In this document: in pieces, positions 52,064 to 64,000 of the stretch
How positions within the stretch are numbered: the stretch's first letter is position 1
Layout of the letters: every line of letters begins with the position of its first letter
Origin: Botryllus schlosseri
Taxonomy: Eukaryota
Length of the DNA stretch: 64,000 nt
Direction: 5' to 3'
Assembly: GCA_051294905.1 (NCBI GenBank)
Contig: CM119371.1
Span: forward strand, 14,014,001-14,078,000
Translations under genes and position numbers: made by a program
The notes under the pieces: model-generated
The model's input: only the letters and a program-made list of their open reading frames with translations
Databases searched by the model: none
What the model was told of the DNA's origin: nothing

Positions 52064-52857
52064 TAGGGCTGTTCAAAAATGACTTTTCTGACATTGTACT
52101 AGCTGCCTGATGAAATTATTAGGTTACCTAATTGAAGCCTGCACACCAAATTTGGTTCAATTCCAACCAGTAGCCACAACCTAACAATTTCATGGAGTGA
52201 ACAGAAAATTTTGAATCTTTTTATATCCGTTTTTGTTGATGGATAAAAAAAAGCTTCTTCTCCTGTAGCAATGCGGCTAATGGTTGGAATTGAACAAAAT
52301 TTGGTTTGCAGGCTTTAATTAGGTAACCTAACAATTTTATCAAGCAGCCAGTACAATTAGACAGATAAAATCATTTTTGAACACCCCTACTGTACACTAG
52401 TTTCGTTCAAAACTAACTTTTTGTTTCAAGTTTTTGCGGATATCTGATGAAATCTGCACTCCAAATTTTGGCTCAATTTCAATCACTAGTATCGAAGTTA
52501 TTGGAGTACGAAATTTCGAATTTATTTAATGAAAACAAATAATTTTTTTCAAATTTTACGATGCACAACAACCAGTGGAAGCGAAGTTATTGACGTTCAA
52601 AATTTAGGATTTCAAGTCATAGTAGCCAGTATGGGTAGGCTATTCATGCTGGGCAGATCTATAATGGTACATGACCAATTGTGCATAAAGTGTGAAATAT
52701 TATTTTTAACTGCGTACTCATCTTATATTCACATTATAACCAATTTTGATGGATTCTAATTGAGCCAAATTTGTTGCGCATCGTTTTTTTTCAGGTAACC
52801 TAACAATTTTTCAAGTAACCAGTAAAATCTGAAAAAAATATATTTTTGAACAGCCCT
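52064..52857. mobile_element. GGGCTGTTCAAAA-family MITEs (complete short copy 52064-52389 plus a further arm)
   Basis: Family TIRs at 52064, 52375-52389 and 52843-52857. Confidence 0.7.
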
Positions 52858-52946
52858 GGTGTGTAGTGTACAGTATACCCACGCACTCTGTCACATAATA
52901 AACCAGCTTGTGTATTTTTGCCTGTAATCATTAGAACAGTCATCAG

Positions 52947-53358
52947 TAGGGCAAGTTTTTGCAACTTTTGCAACTTTTCTTACAGCTTCCGGCAGCTTCC
53001 TAAATACTCGTAAGATATGTAGAATGCTGTTTTAAGCTGTTTAAAGGAATCTTATAGTGCAACTTTTTGCAACTTTTGTCCATTTTTTTCATGCAACTCT
53101 TTGCAACATTTTGCAACTTTTTCGATTTTTCATGAAAGTATTTTCGGTTTTGGTGAAATACACGGCCAAATTCGACTGAAACACCGTAAATCAGCACCGA
53201 AGTACGGGTATTTCGGGAGCTGAGCCGGTAAATTGACCTTTATTTTTTAGTCAACCGAGCAAAATGTGGTCTTTTAGTGCAACTTTTGCTACTTTTGTCA
53301 AAATTAAATAAATAAATGCAACTTTTCGCGGATTTAACTGCAACAAAAACTTGCCCTA
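52947..53358. mobile_element. hAT-type MITE with TGCAACTTT repeats
   Basis: TIR tagggcaagttttt/aaaaacttgcccta; perfect TSD gtcatcag. Confidence 0.9.
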
Positions 53359-53684
53359 GTCATCAGTAATCAGATATATTTTGTGTAATGATAGACAGCC
53401 AAACCTTATCGTGAAGTGATCAGCTGTAAAATGCGCTTGGGATGAATACCGTTGTACTTTCCAATATATTGCTATGTGATTTAGTCTGGCTAATACGGGG
53501 GTGTAATTATGTTTCCGATTTTGTTTTGCAGCTGATCTCTTCGTGATACAAGATTGTTCCGCTCGCAGTATAATCACGCAAGTACTCCGAAAAACAGACA
53601 TAATTTTGCACGGTTTAACGTGGATCTCTCGACTTTGACCATGTCCATCGCAAGCTGTATCTCACCTATCGTTTTCCTTGTATA

Positions 53685-56600
53685 ATGGATAATGCTTCTT
53701 CTACGCTGAGAAAAATGGTTGTGGATAACGTTACCTTCGCGAATGTGAAAGAACCGTCGATGGCGGAAATGCCTAATATTTTACCCGATCCCGTGCTGGA
53801 GTCAGCAAAAGCATTGCTGGATTCGTTGACAATGTCGACTACTAACTTGGCTAAGATGTTAAAACCTGTTCCGTCACCTGTTAAAAATGGTACGTCCGGA
53901 GCCACTGTAAACACCAACACAATGCCCAATAGAGATCCTATCAAACAAGAACGGCGAAGTGGGTTAAAAATAACGAATCATGGACTTAACAAATGGAGAC
54001 CTGCCGTCATGCCGAGAACACAAAACTCAGATATGAACATGAGAACGACCATAGAGTCAAATCAGATCACGTTAACGTTAGAACCTGTAGAGCCAGACGA
54101 CAGCTTCTCATTACGTAACGTACCTTACTACGCTAGGGGCCGGCCTGCGGCAGGCTTCCACGCCCAAAATTTTCAACAACTCGAAGACTCCAGCGCTTTG
54201 GACCAGTCTAAAATCTTTGAACGGTGGCACCGTAAGCATATAAACAAGATTTTACGGTATGCCAACAGAGGTAGTACCACAAAACCAATCACTTACAACA
54301 ATAATAGTAAGTTGAGATATGGGTGGAGGCCGTACCAGCCGCCGCCACTAAACCGAACCTACAGCAATGCAGTAGGCGCTGGTCAGAAGAGAAAGTATTG
54401 TGATGTCAGTAATCGATACTATCAATACTTGAACAAGCCAAAGCGAGCGCGACACGATGCGTTTCAGATTATTTTCCGCAGTCATATTATCATTGATGAG
54501 GTCGCTCATACAACCAAAACCGACGACAACACTATCTACCCTCGAAGATTCGTGACTTGGCCCAGCGGTAAGCCGGTGATGCCCGGCTACCATCCCCACA
54601 AAACCGGGGTCAACTATAAAAGAAAACCGTTTTTAAAGAAGAAACGCACTTGGAGTATGTACCGCGTTCCCCGGCCAAAACCGCACCCGGTTTATCGCGT
54701 GCCCCCAAATCGCTACGCGCCGCCTTCGAGCCTGAGAAAAATGTGGAATAAGAAATTGTCTTCTGAGAATAGGCTGAGGTGGGATCCGGCTACTAAAAAG
54801 TTCACTCTGGCGCCAGTGTACCATAGGCCGGTAAAGCCTGCGGCTAAGCAGTGGTTCAGATTCGCCTCAAACACAGCGCCAAAGAACGCAATCACCAACG
54901 CCTTGAATATGTCCCGAGCGTCGTCGATCGTTTCGCAAATGCACAGAAAGCACTCTACTCCCGCGCTCAAAACGCAACACAACTGGCACAGGCCCGTCTC
55001 TTACAAGCCACCACAAACCTACAAACCAATACTCTCTTACAATGCGCCACCCGCTTGTAAACCTTCACTGCCGTACCAAAACGTCTTGCCGCCTTCCGTG
55101 CATTACGTCTTACGGGACCTTAGAGTTATTTTACACTGCAGCAGTGTTCCCGACCCGAGTTTCTTCAACAGCTACAGGAATTACGCCACGAGTTGCGTTC
55201 TGTTTCAAATCAGAAGGCTGATGACCGTGAAGCTTTTGAGGCAGGGTAGATACGAAAAAAGAATTGCGGAAATAAAAAAGAATGTAGACTCTGATTCTGC
55301 GGATGGGCCTGTTGAAACAAAACCGGTTCTTCGCAACAAAATGGTCACGTCATCTGTTTATATTAGTGACTTGACGGAGAAGGCTCTGTCCCAGTGGACA
55401 TCCGATCTTCCTAAAGAGTGCGGTGTAGGAAGTGATCATCCACTTCGCGGGAAAGAGTCTTCCTTATCGGGCGATTGGTTGCATGTTTGCAAAGGTAGGG
55501 TCGTGGACAACATTCCTTTTCGCCCGTCCGAAGACCATGAGCCCGTGCCTGTGAAAAATGTGTTCTTGGCTTGGGCTTTCGATGAACCTCCAAACGACAC
55601 TGTGTCTAGCAGTCGTATAATCGATGCTGGGAAGCCCTCCCCAACGAAGGGCGCGAAACAGCGCGAACTTCAAGTCGGCGAATCCACGGATCGCAATTAT
55701 ATGCTGGCTGAGGGGGTCAAATCAGCAGCTTCTTCAAATCCGCATTTGTCTCAGAGCCAGGTACCAGTTCACCGCCATGGCGCCATAAGCTTTAGGAAAA
55801 GGAGCAGGGCGTTGCCGAAACTTAGTTTTTGTGTCAGATTCCGGTGCAGTCTTTGCACGCGCGATTGCACCTGCCGATTTGACCCCATTTCGAACGCAAG
55901 GTCCGATGTTTGGAACAGCGCGATGTCAGAATTACCCTCCTCGATCGACGAGAGGCGTAGAGTGGTTGACGAAAGCGAGGTCACGGTCAGCAACGGCGCC
56001 CAATATAATTCCGGCGTTACGGAAACGAACCGAAATGAGCCCGTTTTCGAGACTTCTCAGGCCGACGCATCTGGTATACTCGTTAGCGGCAATGCACATT
56101 TCTTGGACACAAACCCCATCCGAATCGGGTTAAACCCTGCAGAATCGATCACGGACGGCACAAGTCAATCACAAGGGAGCGCTTTGGAAGGACCTGGAAG
56201 GTCTATGTTCAATTCACCAAACCACAGATCGGCGTGGGTATTATCGGCCGTCAAAAAAGACTGTTTATTCAGGTCCGATAAAAGATTGATGTCTGAGCTC
56301 AGTAAACACGTGAACGCAATGTGTCGCGGTGCATTAATAAATTATTCTAATCCAGCTGCGTCCACAGCTTTTGACTGCTATGCCGCGAAAAGAGCGGCGT
56401 CGCAAACCGCAGTGAGCGATGTTAGCGCTGGAGGCCATTGCTCGGCTGTGATTGGCCGCGATAGCCTCGCAAGCCGGCAAGCCAACAACCGTACCGTCGA
56501 GCTTCATCGCACACAGCCAACGGAGTGTGACTCCGGCAACAATGCGTCTCTCAAACTCGATTCCGTCGCGGACTCTGTCGAAGGCATGGGAAACAACTTA

Positions 56601-57558
56601 TTAAGGCAGAAACTGCTGTGCGGCGTTACTAGTATATTGCAAGTTAGCGACTGTTCCGAGGGTCACCCGTTTATATTGGGTACAGGGATAGGTTCGGTGA
56701 GCCGTGGTATCGATACGAAAGGCGGACTCTTTTGCCCCGTCAACGGGAAAAGTAACGTAAACTCGCAAACTCAGTCTGATGAACCTGCTGACAGTGAGCT
56801 AGCTCGCGAATCGCACGAAATTAACGGCGGCAGCGGCGCGTGCGAGTCGTCGCGACACTGTAACGGCGATGCTGCTATTTTTGAAGACATACCTTCCACT
56901 TGTTTGCGGTCTTACGCCAGCTCGCCTGGCGATGATAACCGTAAAGGTTCAGTGGTAGCCGAAAGCGATACAGCCGTCGCTTCAACCCCACTCAGTAGTA
57001 ATGCGGAATATACGCGAAACGGTTGTGACGAAACAGTGACTGTCGCTGGCAAGTTACCTGTGCCTGTAGCGAAATCGCGTCAAGCGGCTAAGCCCGCCCG
57101 TGTTTCTCTTAAAAATAACAAGGCAGATACGGCTTCCGCCGAAGGCAAAATAAAGGACTCTGTCAAAACTAGATCGTCGCATCGTTTGCGGTCGAGATTA
57201 AAACGTACGAAGCGCGGGCGGTACGAGACGGACTACATATCCGATTTTCCCAAGGCTGCCAAAAAAGCCAGGAAGATACAGCCTACCAACGATTACGACA
57301 ACGGCGATTTCTGGAAGTTTTACGACAGCTGCGAGAACACGGTGTACGCGCAAAATCTCCTGCTGCAGTACAAGTATGTTAAGCTGTTCAAGGCGAAAGG
57401 CATTACTGCGGAGTGTGCGCCGACCGTGGTCGGGATTTGGGACACGACCACCTACGATTCGTCGAACAGAAAGCGTCCGGTTGTGCCGGAGGATGGGAAA
57501 TTAGCCGTTTTGGAGAAGTACACCAGGCAACGGAAAATGCCGGACCTGCAACAAACAG
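53685..57558 (+). CDS. Large exon of an uncharacterised, probably nuclear and largely disordered protein (reads to a stop at 57596 if unspliced)
   Basis: 1303-codon ORF, GC-richer than its flanks; upstream acceptor ttttgcag ends at 53531; donor CAG|GTATTG at 57558/57559; basic clusters; no recognised domain. Confidence 0.8.
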
Positions 57559-59341
57559 GTATTGTTGATTTAAAATCTTACGTGCTGTCACTTTGAGGGC
57601 GTACGCGCCAACCTGTTTGAACTCGGTCTTGTTTACATTAGGAAGCGAGTAAGCTTCGTATCGCAATATAGCTTAAAACGCCGCTTAAACTCGAGTTTGG
57701 GAGCAAAATATACTGTTGTGAAGTGTACTTGTACTGTTGTTAAGTTTGGTTTGTTAATACATTCGTTATTCCCCAGACGGACGGACTGGTCCTCCAATCA
57801 CGCACACACACACACCTAGCTTAGAATGTGTAAATAACAGGCGTTCACATTGGATTTAAAATAACGGAAGATAGCATAAAACAGACAAGCGATCAAAATG
57901 AATTGGCATGTGTTGATTGGCGAAATAAAAGTGTCCTGGTAATCTCGAACGCAGACTTTTATTCGTTCCGTTCCGTAAAATCTGCTTGTATTTTTACTTG
58001 AATGTGAACAAACGGACATGCTCCGTCTTCAAAAGCACCCGAAACTGAATTTGGGAGCAAAATACAACGGCCTGTAATGCTGTAATTCATTCGATGCGTG
58101 CGTAGATCGATTATATCTCGCTTTTAAAAGCGCGTTCCTGCTCTTTTGACAGGATGTTATCAATAGTTTCGTGACACGCAGTGCTTCTATAGCGATTCGA
58201 TTCGTGTCTCAGCAAGTTGCAACCCCTAACTTCGTAGAGGTAATTCCAAAGCGCTGTTACTAACGCTATGATTTAATAATACGACTACTACTAATCACCA
58301 AATGTCCCGCTGGCGAAGCCCTTGCGCAAAATGAGCATCGAATTTCATGCGGTAAAGTTGACTCATTCGTGCCGGGAGTTATTTTGGGATGAGATAAAAA
58401 CTAGACGCGATTATTCGCTGTTGTTATTATGGTGGGCAGTGTGCATAAAGACCGTCATGGTGTTTGGTTTCCTTCGCCAAAGATTCCGCGTTTTGAATTG
58501 GTCTCATCAACGAAACTCGATCCACCAGTCTTAGTAATAGCTTCAAAACGGAAGCTGGCCACATGTTTTTCATATTTAGACTATAGTTATACGCGACTCG
58601 GCGTATGGAACAAGTTAGCTCTCGCGAAGTAGGTCCTTAGCCGCGTGTGTAGTTGTAATTTCGTCCGCGACCTATATTTAAATTCAGGTCGGAATCAGTA
58701 CCATATCTTCTGCAGTCGTACGCCGATATAAGGCCCGGTGTCTTTGTTGACATGGATACTTAACACAAAATCAAAGACCTGACCAACAACTGTGTTCCTT
58801 AGATCAATATTAACAATGTTCTAATGTTTGCTCGACCGTCAAACCAGTGGTAGCCGTATCGGCGATATATTTGTGATAAAATAATGCTCCAATCGCGGCC
58901 TTGTAGCGCCATCGATACCACAAAACTCGCTGTCGATTTGTTGTCCGGAATCTGACGATATTGATCCCAACAGGCCCAATAAACGTCCTGGCCCACTCAT
59001 GATCAAACTGTTTTCTGTGTTAGGGCTACTGCGTACGCTAGCTTACGTCACTAAAATGCCATTACCTATTTGTAAAACAACAAATGTCAGCTAATATCCG
59101 CACCCTACGTTTGCTTGAATTTATTCTCATTTTAACGTCTAATTAATAGGCTACGTTTTGCATGGGCTTTTTTTCAATGCAATCTTAACTTTCGATGCAA
59201 TACGACAGTTATGATATTGACGTTACTAAACTGCCCTTACCAGCTACGCCGCCTATTTGAAAAACGAACAAATACATCACAGAACAACAAAATTCGGCAA
59301 AAAACACGTGTTTATTTGAATTTCTCTGTTACAACGTTTAA

Positions 59342-60779
59342 CCCTTTGTAACCGGCCGGCCTCCTGACCAAAATTTTACCTCACCCACATAAAAAACGAT
59401 AAAATGTCATCCATATGACTTAAATCGACCCCCAATATATTGCCGTAAACCTGAAGTAGCCGCCTAGCGGTCTGAGATACTCTCGCGGCTCAGACGCCAG
59501 AGGGAATAGCGTTATGCGAGAAAATGTTCTCGGTTTCTTGAAAATAAAATACAATTTTGTTCTTCTATATCTCCTGACGTCATACCTAGGCCCTCTCTTA
59601 TAGTATATGACCACCTGATTGCTTTCCGCATGAATCCCTACGTTCCAACGAGACATTACATGCTACTATAGCGCTTCATAGCCCAGCGCTACGATCTTGG
59701 AAAGGTACAGATGATAAGCACAATCACGTGGCCGCCACCGATGAGTAATCGATTACGTAATCTCGTATTCTCGCTGAAGGCAACACGCGTCCAGTTCGAC
59801 ATAACATAGTAACTGCCTTGGCAATTTTGCCGTTAGCATACATCTCCATGCTATTGAAGTGTTATCAACCCCAGTTGCTTGTTATATGTAACTTGCAACT
59901 GCAAGGGATCCGTAAGTATACGCAATACGCATATTGCCTTATTCGACACTGCCTAGTGCCCATATACGCTCGGGAAGTCATTTCATGTGTTGCATTGCTT
60001 TATTTCGCATCAATTTGAACTGTATTCTACACCGCTAATGTTCCATGTATGATCAACAGTAGTCATAGAAGCCAACAGTAACTTCGTGTGCCATCTAAAA
60101 CAGATATATAACTGCCTCTATATGATGTTGTTATCACAGGCTCGGGTACAAAAATAGCCTAACTCGCACGCTTATTTGTGCGGCGTTAGGGCTGGTGTCG
60201 GCTTTCTTATACAAAACTAAGCTCCATGATAGGGATATTGATGAATATGCCAGGATAATGGCTAACCATATGTATAATTTGCTATTGCCTGAAGCAATTG
60301 TACATCTGTTTGAAACCGCAACGAGTCAGGTCATCTTACGCAGCCATGATTTTCACGTAATAAGGTATGCTTCTTTCGCGTCAATTTGAAACATATTCTA
60401 CGTGCTAATCTTCGATATAAGGACTTTCATAGAATAGTATGACCAACAACAAGTCATAGAAGATAACTGTCATCGGTTATATGACGTCTAGAACGGAAGA
60501 TACAATGGTTTGTATTTCAGGCGGTCACTCACGCGAACATCATTACAAGTTCAATTTTGCGGGAAAAATTTTTGCGTGTTCAATCTGCATTTCAAGCAGG
60601 ATATACATTGCCACATTAGGTTATACATGGTCTGACGTATGCGTATTTATAAGAGCAATACATACAAAGCGATTGCAATCGTTTATGACCAATACAGGTC
60701 TAGCTATCTTGGAATGAATATCGACTCCTCTGCGTTAAACAGTCGCGGTCTAGTATACTAGACCGCCGGTCGCAAAGGG
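59342..60779. mobile_element. Non-autonomous piggyBac-type element
   Basis: ttaa|ccctttgtaaccggc...gccggtcgcaaaggg|ttaa; internal diverged duplication ~59930-60130 versus ~60290-60490. Confidence 0.82.
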
Positions 60780-62331
60780 TTAATGACTAGATTTTGCGCG
60801 CTGCTTTCTAAATGTGCCCTCAGCGGCCGATACAATGCAATTATGATATTCACCTTACTAGAATTGAACATATCAAATGCGGCACCCTAAACGGGTGTGA
60901 AACCTATTGAAAAACGACGAAATCCAGAAAAGATCTACTGCGTGTTGGTTCAAATTTCTCTATGCTTGAACGCCAAACTGCTAGGTTTTGCGTTGACCGC
61001 TCTTTAAGCACGCTTCGTACGTATGGTATATTTAATTATTACTGCCAATAGTAGGTGTCTCGCCACGCCGTATTTTTGCACAAATTTATAACTCGCACGA
61101 ACACAAAACCCTTGCAGGTCCGTAGAGCCTCGTACCATACTCACTGCCGAGTGCCGACAATTGTGATATTAAAGTTCCTACTACGAGATTCGGCAAAAGT
61201 CCACACCGTGTTACCCTGAATTTCGTTGTATTTCAACATATGACTGCGTTTTGCGCGTTCCTCTTTATGCCAGCACGCTTCGCATGTGTTGTATTTTGGA
61301 ATTATCAATTGTCGTGATACGTCCGTAACGAACTTTTAGATTAGTTCGTAGCTCTCACGTATACTATGCAGCGTAGGCCTGTGTAGAGGCTCATATCCGA
61401 ACTACCTCCCGTACGATACGGCAATCATGCGGCGGTGGTCAGTAAGGAAGTCTTCTACTTTTTCGAAACAATCAAGCAGGCATTTGTTGGAGTAGTTATG
61501 ATTTTCGACTGCTTCCGCTTCTCCTTGATAGCTTTCGGTTATATAGGCGATAATAGGCCTGGAACACATGGATTTTTTACTTACTCGGAAATCGCTAGCT
61601 CGGAAATCGTTTCGTATGTACGATATTTCGAAGTTGCGTTGCGACCAAACTAGGCTTGAAATGCTTGCTTTTCACTCGCTTGACGCCACTTCACTCGTAC
61701 TCTAGTAGAAATTTGAGACGTTACTCGCATTTCTACACTAGTACTGTTCCAATGATGACTGCTTTCACCGCCTTCACCGATAACCTGGTTTTTCGCGAGC
61801 CTAAATTCGATTGTCATACGCACGCCGTAGTTGACAACTAGAAAATCGTCTGCTTTTCCGAATTATGTTAGAGTTAGAATTATAGCTACACAATTTTTTC
61901 GAATTAGATTAGAATTAGAGTTTCTGAGTTCTCAAAAACATGGAAATTAAATTCAATTCCTAATCACGAAGATATTGAACAAAAACTAAGTTCACTTCAT
62001 ACCAAATCACAGATCATTCTCGTAACCACGAGAATGGCAAATGGTAACATGGATACATTTAAAACTTCGATTGGAATTAGATTACCGGCATTCCATTTTA
62101 ATTCGTGTAATTGGATAACTGCAAATGTTTAACTCCAAGTCTGACGCGCGCTTCGTTTGTACGATATTTTGAATTAGCGTCGGGACATTACTAGGCCTGA
62201 AATACTTTTTTACTTGTTGGGTAACCGCTATATCTTCTACTCTGTTATGAATTTGCAACGCTGCTCGCACTTATTCTCGAGTACCAACGATGACTATGAC
62301 TACTGTTCTGTTACCAACTCAGCGATTATAA

Positions 62332-62600
62332 GTGGCGAGATGGCGTAGTGGTATAATCCACGGCTACAACACCAACGGGTTTTGGGTTCGAGTCCGACTG
62401 AGGTCGTCTCCAGAAGTCCTACCTAAGTGTTGGAGGTCTATCAAGGCTCCTCGCCATCTCAACCGTGTGTCTTATGAAAGCCTAGACGTGGGCCGTGCTA
62501 CAAGTCGGCAGCTACGAAATAAGAGTAATAAGAAAATTGACCTCGTGTAAATGACCGTAGTAGTCGAGAACCACCATGAATACCACAAACAAACAACAAC
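62332..62600 (+). mobile_element. Full-length tRNA-headed SINE family A
   Basis: A box tggcgtagtgg, B box ggttcgagtcc, (CAAA/CAA)n tail; copies at ~300-460, ~29690-29895 and ~35262-35542. Confidence 0.82.
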
Positions 62601-62662
62601 TATGCTATTATGATATTTCTGTATTCGGCCAACAACATTTGAAACAACCCCGTGTTTTACAG

Positions 62663-63213
62663 ACGATCAATGCGCGTTTTGCGGCCGGTCATTCGAGGGT
62701 ACTGACAAGGCTGGGCGCGACGAACACGTATCAAGACACGGCGCGAGATACAAGGCGCTAGCGGTGCCGCGTTTGCCCAAAAAGAAAAAGATGAAGCCCG
62801 TACAAAAAGCCGGCAAACCCACGCACCTGCCTCACTCCAGCAACGAAAGCCATCAGGAGGTCGTCGAAACTCGGCAAAACGCGCAGGATTTACGTCTGTT
62901 AGCGAGGCCTTCTTCGTTGTCTATGGGCCATCGGAAGCAAACAGCGAGAAAGTCGTTCACGATCAAGTCTACCTTACCAAAAAACGTGCTGATCAAAACG
63001 CTGGAATGCGAGATGAGATCGCCACCCATTCCGGGCAACGGCAAGAGCGGCGAGTCTGTTTCGGACAGAATTAAAAGAGAACAGCGCGACGCAGACCCGT
63101 TTCAAGGCGTGGGTTCTATCTTGAACGGGTGTTCGCCTTTGGCCGTCGGCGGAAGACGCACCATAACGGGTTTACCCGTGACCTACAATCATTTTCAACA
63201 GGATTATTTATGA
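62663..63213 (+). CDS. Putative terminal exon: C2H2 zinc finger, NLS and H3-like KQTARKS motif
   Basis: Acceptor gtgttttacag ends at 62662; the frame is open upstream of the listed ORF and reads DQCAFCGRSFEGTDKAGRDEHVSRH; phase 1 matches the donor at 57558. Confidence 0.68.
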
Positions 63214-64000
63214 CAAGACTTTTCGCGCTCGAGATAAGAGGGATAGATAGATACTTTTGTGGACCTCGTCTCAGTGTCTGTATTGCGACTATTTGAATTT
63301 TTCTAACGCCGAGCGCCTGGCGTGGCGCGAATGTGATCACTTTTTGTGAAGTATTTTTTGTAAATGATGACGTGACTTCAGAAATTCATTGTAACGCAAT
63401 TACTTCACGTGACGTGTTGATTTTTTTAAATGCGAGTGCGCTTTTCGTTCCATAGCCACGCCGCTGGGTGAGAATTTGGATATTTTCGTTTAAAGATAGT
63501 GTGACTTGTGAAATTCGTTGTGACACAGTGACGGAATGTGACGTCACAACGGTCGGGTCTAAGTATTTTAGATGTCGGTGCTACTTTCGCCCGCAGCTAT
63601 GGCACTGTCGTAGCTTGGATGAATGTTTACAGGGAAGCTTTTGAAAAGTCATTGTGATGCTGTGTACGAACATGACGTCACGATTGCCGAGTCTATAAGT
63701 TTCGAGATGCAAATGCGACTTTCGCTCAGTAGCCACCACTATTGAAGCTGTGATGAATATTAGGTCGCTGTGGAATCGAAAGTAGCTTGTGTCCGTGTTC
63801 AAAATTTGAGAAAGTCACGTTTTTGTAAAAAAAAAATCGGCAATATCTTGGCCAAAATTATGTTTGTCACGTTGTTCCAAAAATAACCATGGCCAAGACA
63901 CGGCCGAAACAGAATGAAAAGTATATAAAAACTTGATCCTCTCGAAATGTGTAAAATGGACACGAGCTACTCCGATCCCTCAGCGACGATTTGGAGTGGA

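Noticed and set aside
51045..53685. In-frame ERI2-orphan ORF fusion
   Set aside because: The strong acceptor at 53531 gives an immediate stop in phase 0; the only in-frame AG seen (~53654) lacks a pyrimidine tract
54348..57666. Antisense and alternative-frame ORFs within the large ORF
   Set aside because: Expected shadow ORFs of a GC-richer coding exon
58150..61240. Additional internal exons at acceptors ending 58152, 58714 and 61117
   Set aside because: Each meets a stop within a few codons in the required phase 1; other small exons cannot be excluded
62332..62400. Functional tRNA gene
   Set aside because: A and B boxes are present but no closed cloverleaf; it continues into a dispersed SINE body with a CAAA tail

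Overview
Eukaryotic (metazoan), AT-rich, repeat-dense genomic DNA. Gene style and MITE load suggest a marine invertebrate such as an ascidian, which is an inference only. Host genes: an intronless BTB-BACK-Kelch gene broken by a single in-frame TAG, plus a decayed paralog; an insect-AANAT-like GNAT acetyltransferase; an intronless RBX2/RNF7 gene plus a decayed partial copy; and the first four coding exons of an ERI2-like DEDDh exonuclease. Downstream of ERI2 exon 4, on the same strand and apparently inside its intron, lies a 1303-codon orphan ORF. It can be spliced in frame to a terminal exon encoding a C2H2 finger, a basic NLS and a 7/7 histone H3 tail mimic (KQTARKS); this is the most interesting candidate in the window. 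RNA-derived features: a broken tandem array of six tRNA-Lys(UUU) units, a decayed 28S rRNA fragment and two tRNA-headed SINE families. Mobile DNA dominates: a 5'-truncated Penelope-like element with a 119-bp inverted pLTR carrying a hammerhead-like core, piggyBac and hAT transposase relics, and many nested non-autonomous elements with readable TSDs (8-bp hAT, 9-bp Mutator-like, TTAA, 3-bp Academ-like, 7-bp). All homology calls were made by eye from recalled motifs; no searches were run.
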